A stretch of 62,042 nucleotides of DNA, taken from positions 1 to 62,042 of IMG/VR virus record IMGVR_UViG_3300042923_000331, one strand, 5' to 3'. The stretch comes from a virus. Its lineage: Duplodnaviria; Caudoviricetes. Positions 9,073 to 18,270 of this stretch are shown one piece after another. The notes under the pieces were generated by a model, which saw nothing but the letters and a program-made list of their open reading frames with translations, ran no database searches and was not told the origin of the DNA. The position numbers and the translations under genes were made by a program. The first letter of the stretch is position 1. Every line of letters starts with the position of its first letter.

Positions 9073-9980
9073 TGGCGCCCTCCGTTCATAAATTCTTCGT
9101 CTTGCATTAAGTCGTAAAAGTTATTTCCGGTTCTTTGGGTGTTTGCCGGTCTTGATGGGTAAGTCTGTCCCCTGTCCTGCTCTCTGCAAAGCCATCGATT
9201 TATAAATGCATTAATTCCTCTTGATGTTTTTCTTTTTGTTGGGTTTGAAAATAGCCAACCTTTCATTTTGCGCAGCTCCTGTTCTATATTTACTGCAGGA
9301 TAAGCTTCTTTGAATAAAATTATGTCATCTTCTGTTACTTCATGCTCTTTATCTCCTATAAGCTGCAATTTTATAAACACTTGTCTTGGCTTTTCAGTTA
9401 TAATTTCAGCTTCTATTGGTTCCGGGTTTTCCGGTCGGCTCGGAGCGGTATCGCTCGGAGCTAATATATTTATATGCTCTTTATCTTCTTCTAATTCTTC
9501 CTCTTCTTCTTCTTCTATTGCGTTACTCTGCGTTATTGTAACGTTACTTGTAACGTTACTTTCTTCGGGTGTTGTATTTTCTTCTAAAAGCTCCAGCTTC
9601 TTGCGCTCCCTATGTTCCGCCACTCTCTTTCTTGTCTGCTCTCTTATTTTGTCTAGACCCTCTACATTTTGATGTTTGTCCCAATTTGTTATTCGCAAAA
9701 TTTCGCCGTCAAAGTTTATCATTTCTAAACGTCGTAATGTTTCAAGTGCTAATTTTACCGTGTTTAGTGGTCTTTTAAAGCTGTGAGCGAGCATTTCTTC
9801 CGTGTATGGTATCTTTTCTGTTAAAAATATAAAACCGTTTGCATTACACTTTCCAGCCATAGTTAAAAGTTTGACCCATATAACTATTATTGTATCTGCT
9901 TCCGGTAGGCTCTCAATAAAATCTATTTTATCGTTGTCAAACATGCCTACGCTCAATTTTATCCATTGGACTTCAGCCAT
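9069..9980 (-). CDS. Phage replisome organizer / replication initiator
   Basis: WIKLSVGMFDNDKI...IWVKLLTMAGK...ITNWDKHQN N-terminal domain. Confidence 0.88.
   Translation of the reverse strand: MAEVQWIKLSVGMFDNDKIDFIESLPEADTIIVIWVKLLTMAGKCNANGFIFLTEKIPYTEEMLAHSFKRPLNTVKLALETLRRLEMINFDGEILRITNWDKHQNVEGLDKIREQTRKRVAEHRERKKLELLEENTTPEESNVTSNVTITQSNAIEEEEEEELEEDKEHINILAPSDTAPSRPENPEPIEAEIITEKPRQVFIKLQLIGDKEHEVTEDDIILFKEAYPAVNIEQELRKMKGWLFSNPTKRKTSRGINAFINRWLCREQDRGQTYPSRPANTQRTGNNFYDLMQDEEFMNGGRQ
9521..9559. repeat. Putative origin iterons inside the initiator gene
   Basis: TGTAACGTTAC at 9537 and 9549, half-sites at 9521 and 9531; perfect TGTAACGTTACA at 10013-10024. Confidence 0.6.
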
Positions 9981-10060
9981 TTAGTTTCCCCCCTAATGGT
10001 TGTCCTAGTTTTTGTAACGTTACATTTTTCATCTTTCGTTATAACCTCCCTCAATACAGC

Positions 10061-10089
10061 ATTGTATTATCTTTTTTGGATAAAAGCAA
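10061..10089 (-). promoter_or_regulatory. Sigma-A promoter of the replication genes with palindromic operator
   Basis: TTGCTT-N17-TACAAT; the 19-mer at 10067-10085 is repeated exactly at 20005-20023. Confidence 0.65.
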
Positions 10090-10116
10090 TGCTTATTTTG
10101 TCAAATTTAAACATCA

Positions 10117-10818
10117 CTAGCATAAAATAGTTGGTATCCCTGTTACTTCCTGTACTTTTTGCTTGATTTTTATGCGGTTCGCATTGTCTTGGCTTATGTG
10201 AATTAAATATATTTCTTTTAATTTTGAAAGGTCATTCGCTTTTAGCGTTTCTATTAATGTTTCTAAACTCATATGACTTTTATGTATCCTGTTTTTAAGT
10301 ACCTTTGGTATTTGTCCATTTATAACACTTTCTATTATACTTTCTTCGTCATGGTTGCATTCTGCCATTATATAGTGTATATCTTTAAAAGTGTATTTTA
10401 GGTAATATGTATCTGTAAAATATAAAAGGTTTTCATAGCTTGTCTTACTGTGAATAAAAAAGCCTAATGGCTCTGCTGCGTCATGCTGTACATCGAAAGG
10501 CGTTATTGTATAAGTACCGATTGAAACCTTTTCTAGTGTCTTTAAATCGTGTGTGCGGTGTCCGTTTAGGTTGCAGGCTCCTAGTGTTCCAGCGCTGGCA
10601 TAAATATCAACACCGCGCTTTATAAGGGCGCTGCATGCAGCGCTGTGGTCTTGGTGCTCATGTGTTATAAGTGCGCCGGCTATTTTACTAATTTGAAAAT
10701 CGCAAGCTTCAGCTATTTTCTGTAATGGCATTCCGGCATCTAATAACAGGGTCGTTGCTCCGTCGTCAATCAAATAAGCGTTGCCTTTGCTGCTAGACCC
10801 TATTACTTTAATATTCAT
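10117..10818 (-). CDS. MBL-fold metallo-hydrolase (phage recombination exonuclease type)
   Basis: GSSSKGN, THEHQDH, HDAAEP, TDT, ECNHD, HMS, HIS. Confidence 0.9.
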   Translation of the reverse strand: MNIKVIGSSSKGNAYLIDDGATTLLLDAGMPLQKIAEACDFQISKIAGALITHEHQDHSAACSALIKRGVDIYASAGTLGACNLNGHRTHDLKTLEKVSIGTYTITPFDVQHDAAEPLGFFIHSKTSYENLLYFTDTYYLKYTFKDIHYIMAECNHDEESIIESVINGQIPKVLKNRIHKSHMSLETLIETLKANDLSKLKEIYLIHISQDNANRIKIKQKVQEVTGIPTILC

Positions 10819-11120
10819 AAAATCTCCTCCATTCCAATTTGGTTTTCAAGTGTTATTACTTCCGGTATCCTTGGGCTATGTTTCAAAAGCTCCTTAATTT
10901 CAGTATACTCGTTTTTTCCAAAATGGCAATTAAATATTCCGCATGCTTTATATTTTCTTCGCCAATCGGTACCCTCTCCACCGCTGATTCCATATATTTT
11001 ACACTTAAAATATGTTTTATCATGGTAGGTTATTTCTATAAAGTTGCAGCATTCCGGGCAGCTGTGTTCTTCTTTCTTGCCGTATCGCTCATACATTGCT
11101 TCAATCTTTCGTTTTATCAT
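10815..11120 (-). CDS. Hypothetical Cys-rich protein
   Basis: ORF in the operon. Confidence 0.65.
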   Translation of the reverse strand: MIKRKIEAMYERYGKKEEHSCPECCNFIEITYHDKTYFKCKIYGISGGEGTDWRRKYKACGIFNCHFGKNEYTEIKELLKHSPRIPEVITLENQIGMEEIL

Positions 11121-11122
11121 AA

Positions 11123-11305
11123 TTACCTACTTTCATAAAAAGGGCATATTCTCCTGCAGCAATTATTTGTGTTTTGCTTTACCTTTTCGACCCATTCTTC
11201 AGTTACTTTTTTATTATCACATATTATCGTTGGCTTGCCGCTCATTAAACCGAATAAACCTACAAACTTAAAGCTTTTATATTTACACATTTTTTTGCCT
11301 TTCAT
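11123..11305 (-). CDS. Small hypothetical protein
   Basis: ORF with RBS. Confidence 0.55.
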   Translation of the reverse strand: MKGKKMCKYKSFKFVGLFGLMSGKPTIICDNKKVTEEWVEKVKQNTNNCCRRICPFYESR

Positions 11306-11317
11306 TTTCTTCTCCCC

Positions 11318-11548
11318 TCATACTATATCATTTATGCAGTTTGGCGGAATTAATACATTACATTCTTGTAAAATTTCCTTTGTAAGCTCCATTGGTGTAA
11401 AAACGTCTTGTGTTACTAAAGTAATTAAAGCTTGTTTTATTGCTGTTTGTGTTAAAATTCCGTTAAAATATGCTTTTTCTTGAAAAACAACATATTGCTT
11501 TAAAACCGGTTCTAATCTTGTTCTTATCTCTTCCGTAAATTTATACAT
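11318..11548 (-). CDS. Hypothetical protein
   Basis: ORF with GGAGG RBS. Confidence 0.65.
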   Translation of the reverse strand: MYKFTEEIRTRLEPVLKQYVVFQEKAYFNGILTQTAIKQALITLVTQDVFTPMELTKEILQECNVLIPPNCINDIV

Positions 11549-11573
11549 TCATTCCTCCTTTGTATGCTTGTAC

Positions 11574-11930
11574 TTATTTAAAACCAACTAACCATGTAGG
11601 CGGCTGCGGCAATTCCGCACCTATTGGTTTCCAAATATGCAGGCAGTATGGATGGTTATTTACGTAATCTTTTTCTGCCGGGTGATACTGAATAGCGCAC
11701 TCGTCTTTATTGAAAAATATATCTTTTATTTTGCACATTTCTTCCCAAGTGGGACAACGTTTTTTTAGGCTGGCAGATACGTGTTCCCAGCCGGCTCCGT
11801 TGCTGAATATTATTCCTATTTTTTCTGCTTTTCCTCCGGAATGAGTTTTCATATAGCAGGCGCCGCCGTCGTGTGCCATTGCTACTATTTCAATTTTCGG
11901 GTTGTTTCTTATTTCTTCAAATGTTTTCAT
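11574..11930 (-). CDS. Conserved phage protein (GWEHVS..RCPTWEEM..YVNNHPYCLHIW family)
   Basis: Recognisable conserved motif set; function unknown. Confidence 0.75.
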   Translation of the reverse strand: MKTFEEIRNNPKIEIVAMAHDGGACYMKTHSGGKAEKIGIIFSNGAGWEHVSASLKKRCPTWEEMCKIKDIFFNKDECAIQYHPAEKDYVNNHPYCLHIWKPIGAELPQPPTWLVGFK

Positions 11931-11936
11931 CTTATA

Positions 11937-12134
11937 CTACCTCCAATGCTTTTTTATTATTTGATAATTTATTACAACTAAGCTTTCAGCTCCTATTTTT
12001 CTTTTTAGGTAGCTTTCTATTTCTTCAATATCCCGGGTACTTTTTATTTTTTTAATATGAGTAATTAACATTCTTCCTGTTCCACTTTTTGTTTTGGTAT
12101 CAAATGAATATGCAATTAAATAATCATATTTCAT
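11937..12134 (-). CDS. Hypothetical protein
   Basis: ORF with RBS. Confidence 0.6.
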   Translation of the reverse strand: MKYDYLIAYSFDTKTKSGTGRMLITHIKKIKSTRDIEEIESYLKRKIGAESLVVINYQIIKKHWR

Positions 12135-12142
12135 AGCTCCTC

Positions 12143-12496
12143 CTATTTAAAACACTTTTCAAATAATTCTCGCTCTTTTTTCTCTGCTTCTCTGTAATAT
12201 TCTGTGTCTATTCCTTTTGCTGTAAGTGTATATCCCCAATATGGCGGATATAGTTCTTCCGAATTGCTTACGTTTTCAAATGTTAGTTCAATTAGACCGT
12301 CTGCTTTTAATTCCTCAATGCATTTCTTTACTTGATAGCGGCTAGTTTTTAAAATATTTGCTATATTAACAAGATTAACACATTTTATAGGGCACATTAT
12401 AGCAACTTGATTATTTACAATTATTTTATAAACGTCGTCTTTAGTTACTTTTATATAGTTCATATGGCTTCCTCTTATTTTCTCAAAGTCCTCCAA
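12143..12496 (-). CDS. Winged-HTH-like hypothetical protein
   Basis: IANILKTSRYQVKKCIEELKADGLIE pattern; start uncertain. Confidence 0.55.
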   Translation of the reverse strand: MEDFEKIRGSHMNYIKVTKDDVYKIIVNNQVAIMCPIKCVNLVNIANILKTSRYQVKKCIEELKADGLIELTFENVSNSEELYPPYWGYTLTAKGIDTEYYREAEKKERELFEKCFK

Positions 12497-12534
12497 AATT
12501 TAAGTAATGCAAGGAGCTTTCGCTCCCTGCTTTG

Positions 12535-12795
12535 TTAGAATAAACTACTGTCTAGCAACAGTAAATCGTTTTTAATATTTTTGAAATCTTCTTCTGTTGG
12601 GAAATCATCATCTTCGTCTTTTGCATTCAAAAATAATTGTTTTGCTGCTTCGGTTTCGATTTCTTTTAAGTCGTCATAAAACTTTTCATCATTCTCAATG
12701 TCACATACCTTTTCTACGTATATTTCCAAAGCTTTTTCTTCGTTTTCTGCTGCTATTAAAGCATAATAAGGTTGTTGTATTTCAAAATATTTCAT
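12535..12795 (-). CDS. Hypothetical acidic protein
   Basis: ORF with RBS. Confidence 0.7.
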   Translation of the reverse strand: MKYFEIQQPYYALIAAENEEKALEIYVEKVCDIENDEKFYDDLKEIETEAAKQLFLNAKDEDDDFPTEEDFKNIKNDLLLLDSSLF

Positions 12796-12806
12796 TTATC
12801 CCCCTC

Positions 12807-13262
12807 CTAAAATGGTATATCTTCGTCGTCTACCGGTTGGAATATGTCACTATCGTCGTCGCTAAATGCATTATTGAAAAAGCTTTCTGCGTCTTGGTGT
12901 GCTGCAGGAGCTGCTCCGCTTTTTGCTGCACCGACAAATTCTACTCTATCTGCTATTACGTCGGTCGTATATCTTTTCTCGCCGGTTTGTGTAGTGTAGC
13001 TTCCTGTTTGAATTCTACCGTGCACAGCACATTGGCTGCCTTTAGTTAGGTAGTTTGCACAGTTTTCTGCCTGCTTTCCGAATGTTGTTATGCCGATAAA
13101 GTCTGCGGTCTGTTTACCTTGGCTCTGTGCTTCTTGTTTTTTATCTTTTGACATTTCTCTGTCAACAGCTAAGTTGAATTTTGCTACTGCCATTCCGGAT
13201 GATGGTATGAATCGCAATTCCGGGTCTCGCGCTAGTCTGCCTATTAATACAACATTATTCAT
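12807..13262 (-). CDS. ssb: Single-stranded DNA-binding protein
   Basis: MNNVVLIGRLARDPELR...acidic tail DDEDIPF. Confidence 0.97.
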   Translation of the reverse strand: MNNVVLIGRLARDPELRFIPSSGMAVAKFNLAVDREMSKDKKQEAQSQGKQTADFIGITTFGKQAENCANYLTKGSQCAVHGRIQTGSYTTQTGEKRYTTDVIADRVEFVGAAKSGAAPAAHQDAESFFNNAFSDDDSDIFQPVDDEDIPF

Positions 13263-13264
13263 TA

Positions 13265-13543
13265 TTATTCCCTCTCTTTTATGTTAAGTTCTTTGAGCGT
13301 TTGGTCTACTTTGTCAATGGTTTTATCAATCTTATCTAGCGCCGCTAAAAGCTCGTTGACGCTTGTTGATTCTGATGTGTTTGTATTATAGTTTTTATAT
13401 CCATGTAATGCTTCCCTTAGTGTGCCGTAATATCCAAGCGGCACTTCGTATTTTACTCCGTCCGGATTTATTTTGTTATCGATTAAAATCACATTTCTTG
13501 GGTCGCTCTTAACTGATATTGTTTCATTGATTTTAAAATTCAT
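13265..13543 (-). CDS. Hypothetical protein
   Basis: ORF in the operon. Confidence 0.7.
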   Translation of the reverse strand: MNFKINETISVKSDPRNVILIDNKINPDGVKYEVPLGYYGTLREALHGYKNYNTNTSESTSVNELLAALDKIDKTIDKVDQTLKELNIKERE

Positions 13544-13561
13544 TTTAGTTCTCCTTTGGCT

Positions 13562-14098
13562 TTATTCTATACTATCTATTAGTATTGGTTGTGTAGAAAA
13601 ACTTTTCCTAGTTGAGCTGTATCTAAATTTTCCATTCCATTGGTCGTATGAACCGTCGGGAGTAAACCAAAATATTCCCTCGGGTCTTGTTCCCCATGTT
13701 CCGTCTATGTCCGGAGCTTCAGCAACATATGATTCGCTGCCGAATCCCTCTACTCTTCCAACTGTTAACTCTTCCATTGGTGTCATGTAACTATTTAAAC
13801 TTACCGGTACGCCCAATATTTGAATTTCTTCTAGCAACACTCCGTTTTCTGCGAATAAATATAAGTAGCCTATTAAGTCGGGTTGGTTTATAAATTCTGC
13901 TTGTCTCTTTAATGCTGCTCTAGCCATACTTTTGGTTATTGTGGGTAAGCTATCGCTTTTTATAAGGCTTTCTACCGCCTTTTCGTTTGCTATTGCTGCT
14001 TGCTCTGTAGCGTCCTTTGGTCTTACGTATTCCTCACATCCTGTTAGTAAAGCTAAAATCAAAGCTAAAATTACTACTAAACATAATACTTTTTTCAT
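13562..14098 (-). CDS. Putative lipoprotein
   Basis: MKK + hydrophobic stretch + lipobox LLTGC. Confidence 0.75.
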   Translation of the reverse strand: MKKVLCLVVILALILALLTGCEEYVRPKDATEQAAIANEKAVESLIKSDSLPTITKSMARAALKRQAEFINQPDLIGYLYLFAENGVLLEEIQILGVPVSLNSYMTPMEELTVGRVEGFGSESYVAEAPDIDGTWGTRPEGIFWFTPDGSYDQWNGKFRYSSTRKSFSTQPILIDSIE

Positions 14099-14119
14099 TC
14101 TCTTCTTCTCCTTTGGTTT

Positions 14120-14593
14120 TTAGTGTGTTAAATCTTGACCGGCGTAAAACGCTCTAGTGATATTGCTTGGTAAATTGTCCTTAAAAATAGCCCTGTTTTC
14201 CATGCTGCTTCTTGCGTTGTAATCTTCCATGGCTTTATTCGTGAGCTTTTGTAGAGCATAAAAGCTGTTTCTTAAACTTGCTTCTTCTTGTTTATCTAAT
14301 CTATCCCATGTTGTCCTGTCTATCGGCAGCGTTAATATGTAATTGTCGTATTCCTCTTTGGCTATTTGCTCGTTTTTAACACATTGTCTGATGTAAGCTT
14401 CCTGCTGTTTAAACCATTCGTAATTCTCTATGGCGTTTTTGCCTGTCATGGTTTCTTTTACTACTTCATACGCCGTGTCTACGCTTTTTGAAACTGTGTT
14501 TACCGGGAAAAATACTATTTTTATTGCAAGTCCCCCAAATAGCAAAATTAATACTGTTAGTAACACTAAAACTGTTGTTTTAAAGTTGTTCAT
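14120..14593 (-). CDS. Single-pass membrane protein
   Basis: N-terminal TM helix followed by a helical domain with NYEWF...YNARS. Confidence 0.75.
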   Translation of the reverse strand: MNNFKTTVLVLLTVLILLFGGLAIKIVFFPVNTVSKSVDTAYEVVKETMTGKNAIENYEWFKQQEAYIRQCVKNEQIAKEEYDNYILTLPIDRTTWDRLDKQEEASLRNSFYALQKLTNKAMEDYNARSSMENRAIFKDNLPSNITRAFYAGQDLTH

Positions 14594-15065
14594 TTCTTTG
14601 ACCCTCCCAAGTCCATAATCTTTGCTGCCCTTTTGCCGGCACCGGTTTATCTAAAATTTTTACGTTTGCAAGTTCCCATGCGTATCTACCCGGCGTCCAA
14701 TCGCCGAATAGTAGCTCTTGTTCGCTCATTTCTTGTATGCTTATAGTTTTTTCGTTTTCTCGAAAGCTTAATCGATTAGTAATTCTATGGCAATTTACAA
14801 GCTCCGCTGTTGCTATAATGTATCCTTGTGCTTCTTCCATTAACTTTTGCGCTTGACCCTCTATTTTGTATGCTTCATAAAATGCTTTAAATACGCCGCT
14901 TACTACATCGAAAGGCAAATCACCCATTATTTTATAAATATCTTTCTTTGCTGCGTGTATTGCTATTTGTCCACGGTAGCTGGTCGCCCAGCTCCGTGTT
15001 TCATATTGCTTTGCACCTATTGCAATTAATGACGCCCATGGTTGCCATATTGTTATTGCTTTCAT
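14580..15065 (-). CDS. ASCH domain protein
   Basis: MKAITIWQPWASLIA.G.KQYETRSW...IAIHA...KGQQRLW. Confidence 0.9.
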   Translation of the reverse strand: MKAITIWQPWASLIAIGAKQYETRSWATSYRGQIAIHAAKKDIYKIMGDLPFDVVSGVFKAFYEAYKIEGQAQKLMEEAQGYIIATAELVNCHRITNRLSFRENEKTISIQEMSEQELLFGDWTPGRYAWELANVKILDKPVPAKGQQRLWTWEGQRNEQL

Positions 15066-15078
15066 CGCTCCTCCTTTT

Positions 15079-15354
15079 TTAGTCACAATAGCTTCTATTA
15101 CAATGTGGACAGCCTGTGATTAGTGTTTTTCCTGCTTCTTCAACTGTAACTCCTGTTTTATGGTGTAATTCTACTGATTTTAAAGGCACTTGAATTTTTC
15201 TTCCGTTTTCTACTTTCCAGCCTACTTCTTCATAAATATTTTTGCAACACCTGTAACAAATGCCGCTTGCAGGTGCAAAATGCGGTAATTTCTTCTCATT
15301 ACAATAATTTTCTTGTGCTTTTCTTGCTTTTGCAATATCAAATGTGTTTTCCAT
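15079..15354 (-). CDS. Zn-finger hypothetical protein
   Basis: PHFAP..GICYRC...ITGCPHCNRSYCD. Confidence 0.75.
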   Translation of the reverse strand: MENTFDIAKARKAQENYCNEKKLPHFAPASGICYRCCKNIYEEVGWKVENGRKIQVPLKSVELHHKTGVTVEEAGKTLITGCPHCNRSYCD

Positions 15355-15363
15355 GTTTCCTCC

Positions 15364-15744
15364 TTATACCTCAATTATTATTTTTTTAACTTTTAGTTTT
15401 ATTTTAGTTGCGTCTATTATGGCTTTTAGTATATTTTCATTGCTGTCTATAAAATAATTTGGATATTCTATTTCTATACTGTATCCATGGCTTATTAATT
15501 CTTGCTGCAGCCTGTTTAAATCTCCATCAGTGCTATTTTCTTCTAAAATCATGTATAACTCTCTATCTATATGTATTGCTTGCGATTTTAGAATATATAG
15601 TTTTTCCCGAATTGCTCTTTCCATGGCTATATTATAAGCGTCAAGCAGCTGCGCAGTATAACCATTTATAAAATTAAACATACTCTCGCTGCTCATACCA
15701 CCACCGCATTTTCCGCCAAATTTAATCTCATCGCTTTTGTTCAT
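15364..15744 (-). CDS. Hypothetical protein
   Basis: ORF in the operon. Confidence 0.65.
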   Translation of the reverse strand: MNKSDEIKFGGKCGGGMSSESMFNFINGYTAQLLDAYNIAMERAIREKLYILKSQAIHIDRELYMILEENSTDGDLNRLQQELISHGYSIEIEYPNYFIDSNENILKAIIDATKIKLKVKKIIIEV

Positions 15745-16009
15745 TTCTTTCCTCCTGCAAATACTTTTTTAACTTTTCACGTATTTCGGTATCTATAATC
15801 ATACTTTCGCAGCTCCATTCCCATATTCTGAAAACAGCGTCTGATTCTCTTTGTACCACTACCGGCAAATCTAATTTTTCTATAAGGTGATTATAGTATC
15901 CGATAGTTCTTGATAATTTTTTTCGTCTTTCAAGTACATCAATGTACCTTATTTGCAAAAATATTATCGTCGTTAAAAGTATACTGTACGAAATTATTAA
16001 ACCGTTCAT
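15728..16009 (-). CDS. Small membrane protein
   Basis: N-terminal hydrophobic helix. Confidence 0.6.
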   Translation of the reverse strand: MNGLIISYSILLTTIIFLQIRYIDVLERRKKLSRTIGYYNHLIEKLDLPVVVQRESDAVFRIWEWSCESMIIDTEIREKLKKYLQEERNEQKR

Positions 16010-16155
16010 TTATCCCCTCTTTGGTTTATTTATCTTCTTTTGTTACAAAAATTGCTGCGCTTATCATTAACGCGCTGTTAACTATGGTAAATTCTAAATT
16101 TCCTAAAAATGCATTTAATACCGCCATAGTCAAAGCAATTATAAAACCTATTATT

Positions 16156-16551
16156 TTACTGTCTATTTCTTTCATTTCCTTTCCCCCTTTTTAACCAATC
16201 ACACCAATCGCAGAATGATTTAAGTATTGGTTCTGAATTAAAGCTGTCTGCCCAGCCTGCAAAACCTATAAATCCTCCGTTATTAAAACTTACTGATTCT
16301 CTTTTGCTAAAAAAGCTGCCGTCTACTGTTAAAAATGCACTTTTCAATTCGCCGTTTTCAAATCTTATATTCTTTTTTAATAGTTTGCCGGCTTTCATGT
16401 TCATAGATATAGCTGTTCCATCACCGCTTAAAATACGTTCTGTAAGTTCCTTGTCTATTAGTCTGTTTAGTATTTCTATATCCGTTTGTTTGATGTCTGT
16501 ATATTTTAAGCCTAATTCTTTAAAATACTGTCTTGCTTGGTCGTTTGTCAT
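16156..16551 (-). CDS. Conserved hypothetical phage protein
   Basis: FSKRESVSFN..GFIGFAGWAD motif. Confidence 0.75.
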   Translation of the reverse strand: MTNDQARQYFKELGLKYTDIKQTDIEILNRLIDKELTERILSGDGTAISMNMKAGKLLKKNIRFENGELKSAFLTVDGSFFSKRESVSFNNGGFIGFAGWADSFNSEPILKSFCDWCDWLKRGKGNERNRQ

Positions 16552-16576
16552 TGGTTCGTTCCTCCAAAATTTTAGA

Positions 16577-17212
16577 TCATTTTAGCGTAACATATACACT
16601 GTGTCTTTCATCGTATTTTACTGTAACCGGCGCTTTACACTGTATGCATGGTATTTCTATTGTTTCGTCTGTTACGTTAGTTAAATATTTTGATTGTCGT
16701 CCGCATTTAATGCAGTTTGAGAATAGCTTTTTCATTGAGTTTAATTTCGTAACTTCATTACAGCTGAAACACTTAAATTCTTTTATTTTTTCTTTAGAGC
16801 TAAATACTTTTATTTCACCGCAATGCTCGCATTTTATTACTAAAAAGCCGCTATATCCATCCGCTGGGTCATAAAATTGTGGCATTGTTCCTTTAATTGG
16901 TGCTGTTCCTACAACTCTTGTTACTTCTAAAGCTCTTGGGTATGCTTTTATTTTTGTCGGGTCAAGCTCTGTTGCATAATCTTCTTTTTTTGCATGGTAG
17001 CCGGCACATCCTTGTTTCATTTGCTCATTAATTTTGTCAACAGGGTCGCCTATATAATAGTTACTACTTATTTTCCCCGGCGTTAATGCTTCTGTTTTTG
17101 TTTCCTGCGGATATATTACTGCTATTATTTTTTTGAATAACTCGTCGCTTTGTTCTTTGTTAATGTCCAAAATTTTAATTTCTTTGTGCTCTGTTCTGAT
17201 TATAATTCCCAT
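16577..17212 (-). CDS. Multi Zn-ribbon protein
   Basis: Four CxxC pairs in the C-terminal half. Confidence 0.75.
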   Translation of the reverse strand: MGIIIRTEHKEIKILDINKEQSDELFKKIIAVIYPQETKTEALTPGKISSNYYIGDPVDKINEQMKQGCAGYHAKKEDYATELDPTKIKAYPRALEVTRVVGTAPIKGTMPQFYDPADGYSGFLVIKCEHCGEIKVFSSKEKIKEFKCFSCNEVTKLNSMKKLFSNCIKCGRQSKYLTNVTDETIEIPCIQCKAPVTVKYDERHSVYVTLK

Positions 17213-17232
17213 TTCTCTTCTCCCTTAGTTTT

Positions 17233-17481
17233 TTATTTGTACTGTTGTACATTTTCTTTTGTTTCTTGCTGATTTTTCTTCAATGCTGCCATGAAACGCT
17301 CTTGTCTTTTCTTGCCAAATCCAAACTCTTTATATAGCGTTATAAGCACATTTTCTATTAGCTCCGTTGAGGTATTTTTTAAAAGTGTCTCTATTGTGCT
17401 ATATAATTCTGTTTCTGACATTCCTTTTAGCTGTTTTTTTAGTGTTTTTGCTATCAGTTTCTTTTTCTGCCGTTCTTTCAT
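17233..17481 (-). CDS. Hypothetical protein
   Basis: ORF; EFGFGKKR motif. Confidence 0.65.
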   Translation of the reverse strand: MKERQKKKLIAKTLKKQLKGMSETELYSTIETLLKNTSTELIENVLITLYKEFGFGKKRQERFMAALKKNQQETKENVQQYK

Positions 17482-17500
17482 ACTGTCCCCCTTTCGTTTT

Positions 17501-17938
17501 TTATTTTATTTTGATTATGTCGTCTGTTTTACTAACCGGCTGCGTACTATATGTTACAGTTACAGTTCTTTGATATGAAAATACACTGTTGCAGTTTCCA
17601 CATTCGTGTTTTTCATCGTCGTCGTCTCTTAATTCCCAGCTGTCTATATCTTCAAAGCCGCAGTATGGACACACTATATTATTTGCGTTGTCTGTTTCTC
17701 TCGGCATTGCATTTCTTACAAACACATTTTGTATTGGTAATTTCCACACCATGGCTCTTGATTGACTATGATTTACAGTTCCTACGCTGTAAGCTATATT
17801 ATTTATGATTAATATTGAAAAAATTTCTATATCTTCATCAGTTTCTGCTATTGGTTTTATTCCCTCAAGCGCTGCTTTTTCTTCGCCAAATTCAAAAAAC
17901 TTTTGGCTCCCTAACTTTTCTTTATCGTATATTTTCAA
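17501..17938 (-). CDS. Zn-ribbon hypothetical protein
   Basis: CPYCG...CGNC. Confidence 0.7.
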   Translation of the reverse strand: MKIYDKEKLGSQKFFEFGEEKAALEGIKPIAETDEDIEIFSILIINNIAYSVGTVNHSQSRAMVWKLPIQNVFVRNAMPRETDNANNIVCPYCGFEDIDSWELRDDDDEKHECGNCNSVFSYQRTVTVTYSTQPVSKTDDIIKIK

Positions 17939-18225
17939 TTTTTCACCGCCTTTAGTGTATTTGTTTGCTTTTCTTTTTTTCGTTTCAATAAAGCCGCTTT
18001 TGTGGCTTCTCCGCCGCGAATAGTTCTTTCATCATAGTTTAGTTTTAAAATTTTATGCACTAATTCGTACTTTGTAAGGCTTAATTCTTTTAATTTTTTG
18101 CTCATGTCTTTATGTACGGTTGTTTTACTTACACCGAATACTTTTGCACACTCTCTGATGGTGCACTCTGTTTTTATTATATGCTCCGCTTCAGATAAAA
18201 TGCATTCCTCTTTGTCTGCTCTCAA
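17935..18225 (-). CDS. spoIIID: SpoIIID-like sporulation transcription regulator
   Basis: TIRECAKVFGVSKTTVHKDM HTH and the C-terminal R.IRGGEATK signature of SpoIIID. Confidence 0.85.
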   Translation of the reverse strand: MRADKEECILSEAEHIIKTECTIRECAKVFGVSKTTVHKDMSKKLKELSLTKYELVHKILKLNYDERTIRGGEATKAALLKRKKEKQTNTLKAVKN

Positions 18226-18244
18226 TCTATCCCTCCTTTAAAGG

Positions 18245-18270
18245 AAAGGGAGCAGGCTCTCCCTTTTTTT
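18245..18270. terminator. Intrinsic terminator-like hairpin
   Basis: aaagggag/ctcccttt stem. Confidence 0.5.

Noticed and set aside
12508-12530. Second copy of the sRNA hairpin
   Set aside because: CGCTCC is buried in the stem of a GAAA-tetraloop hairpin on the minus strand and no promoter is seen; more likely a terminator or stability hairpin
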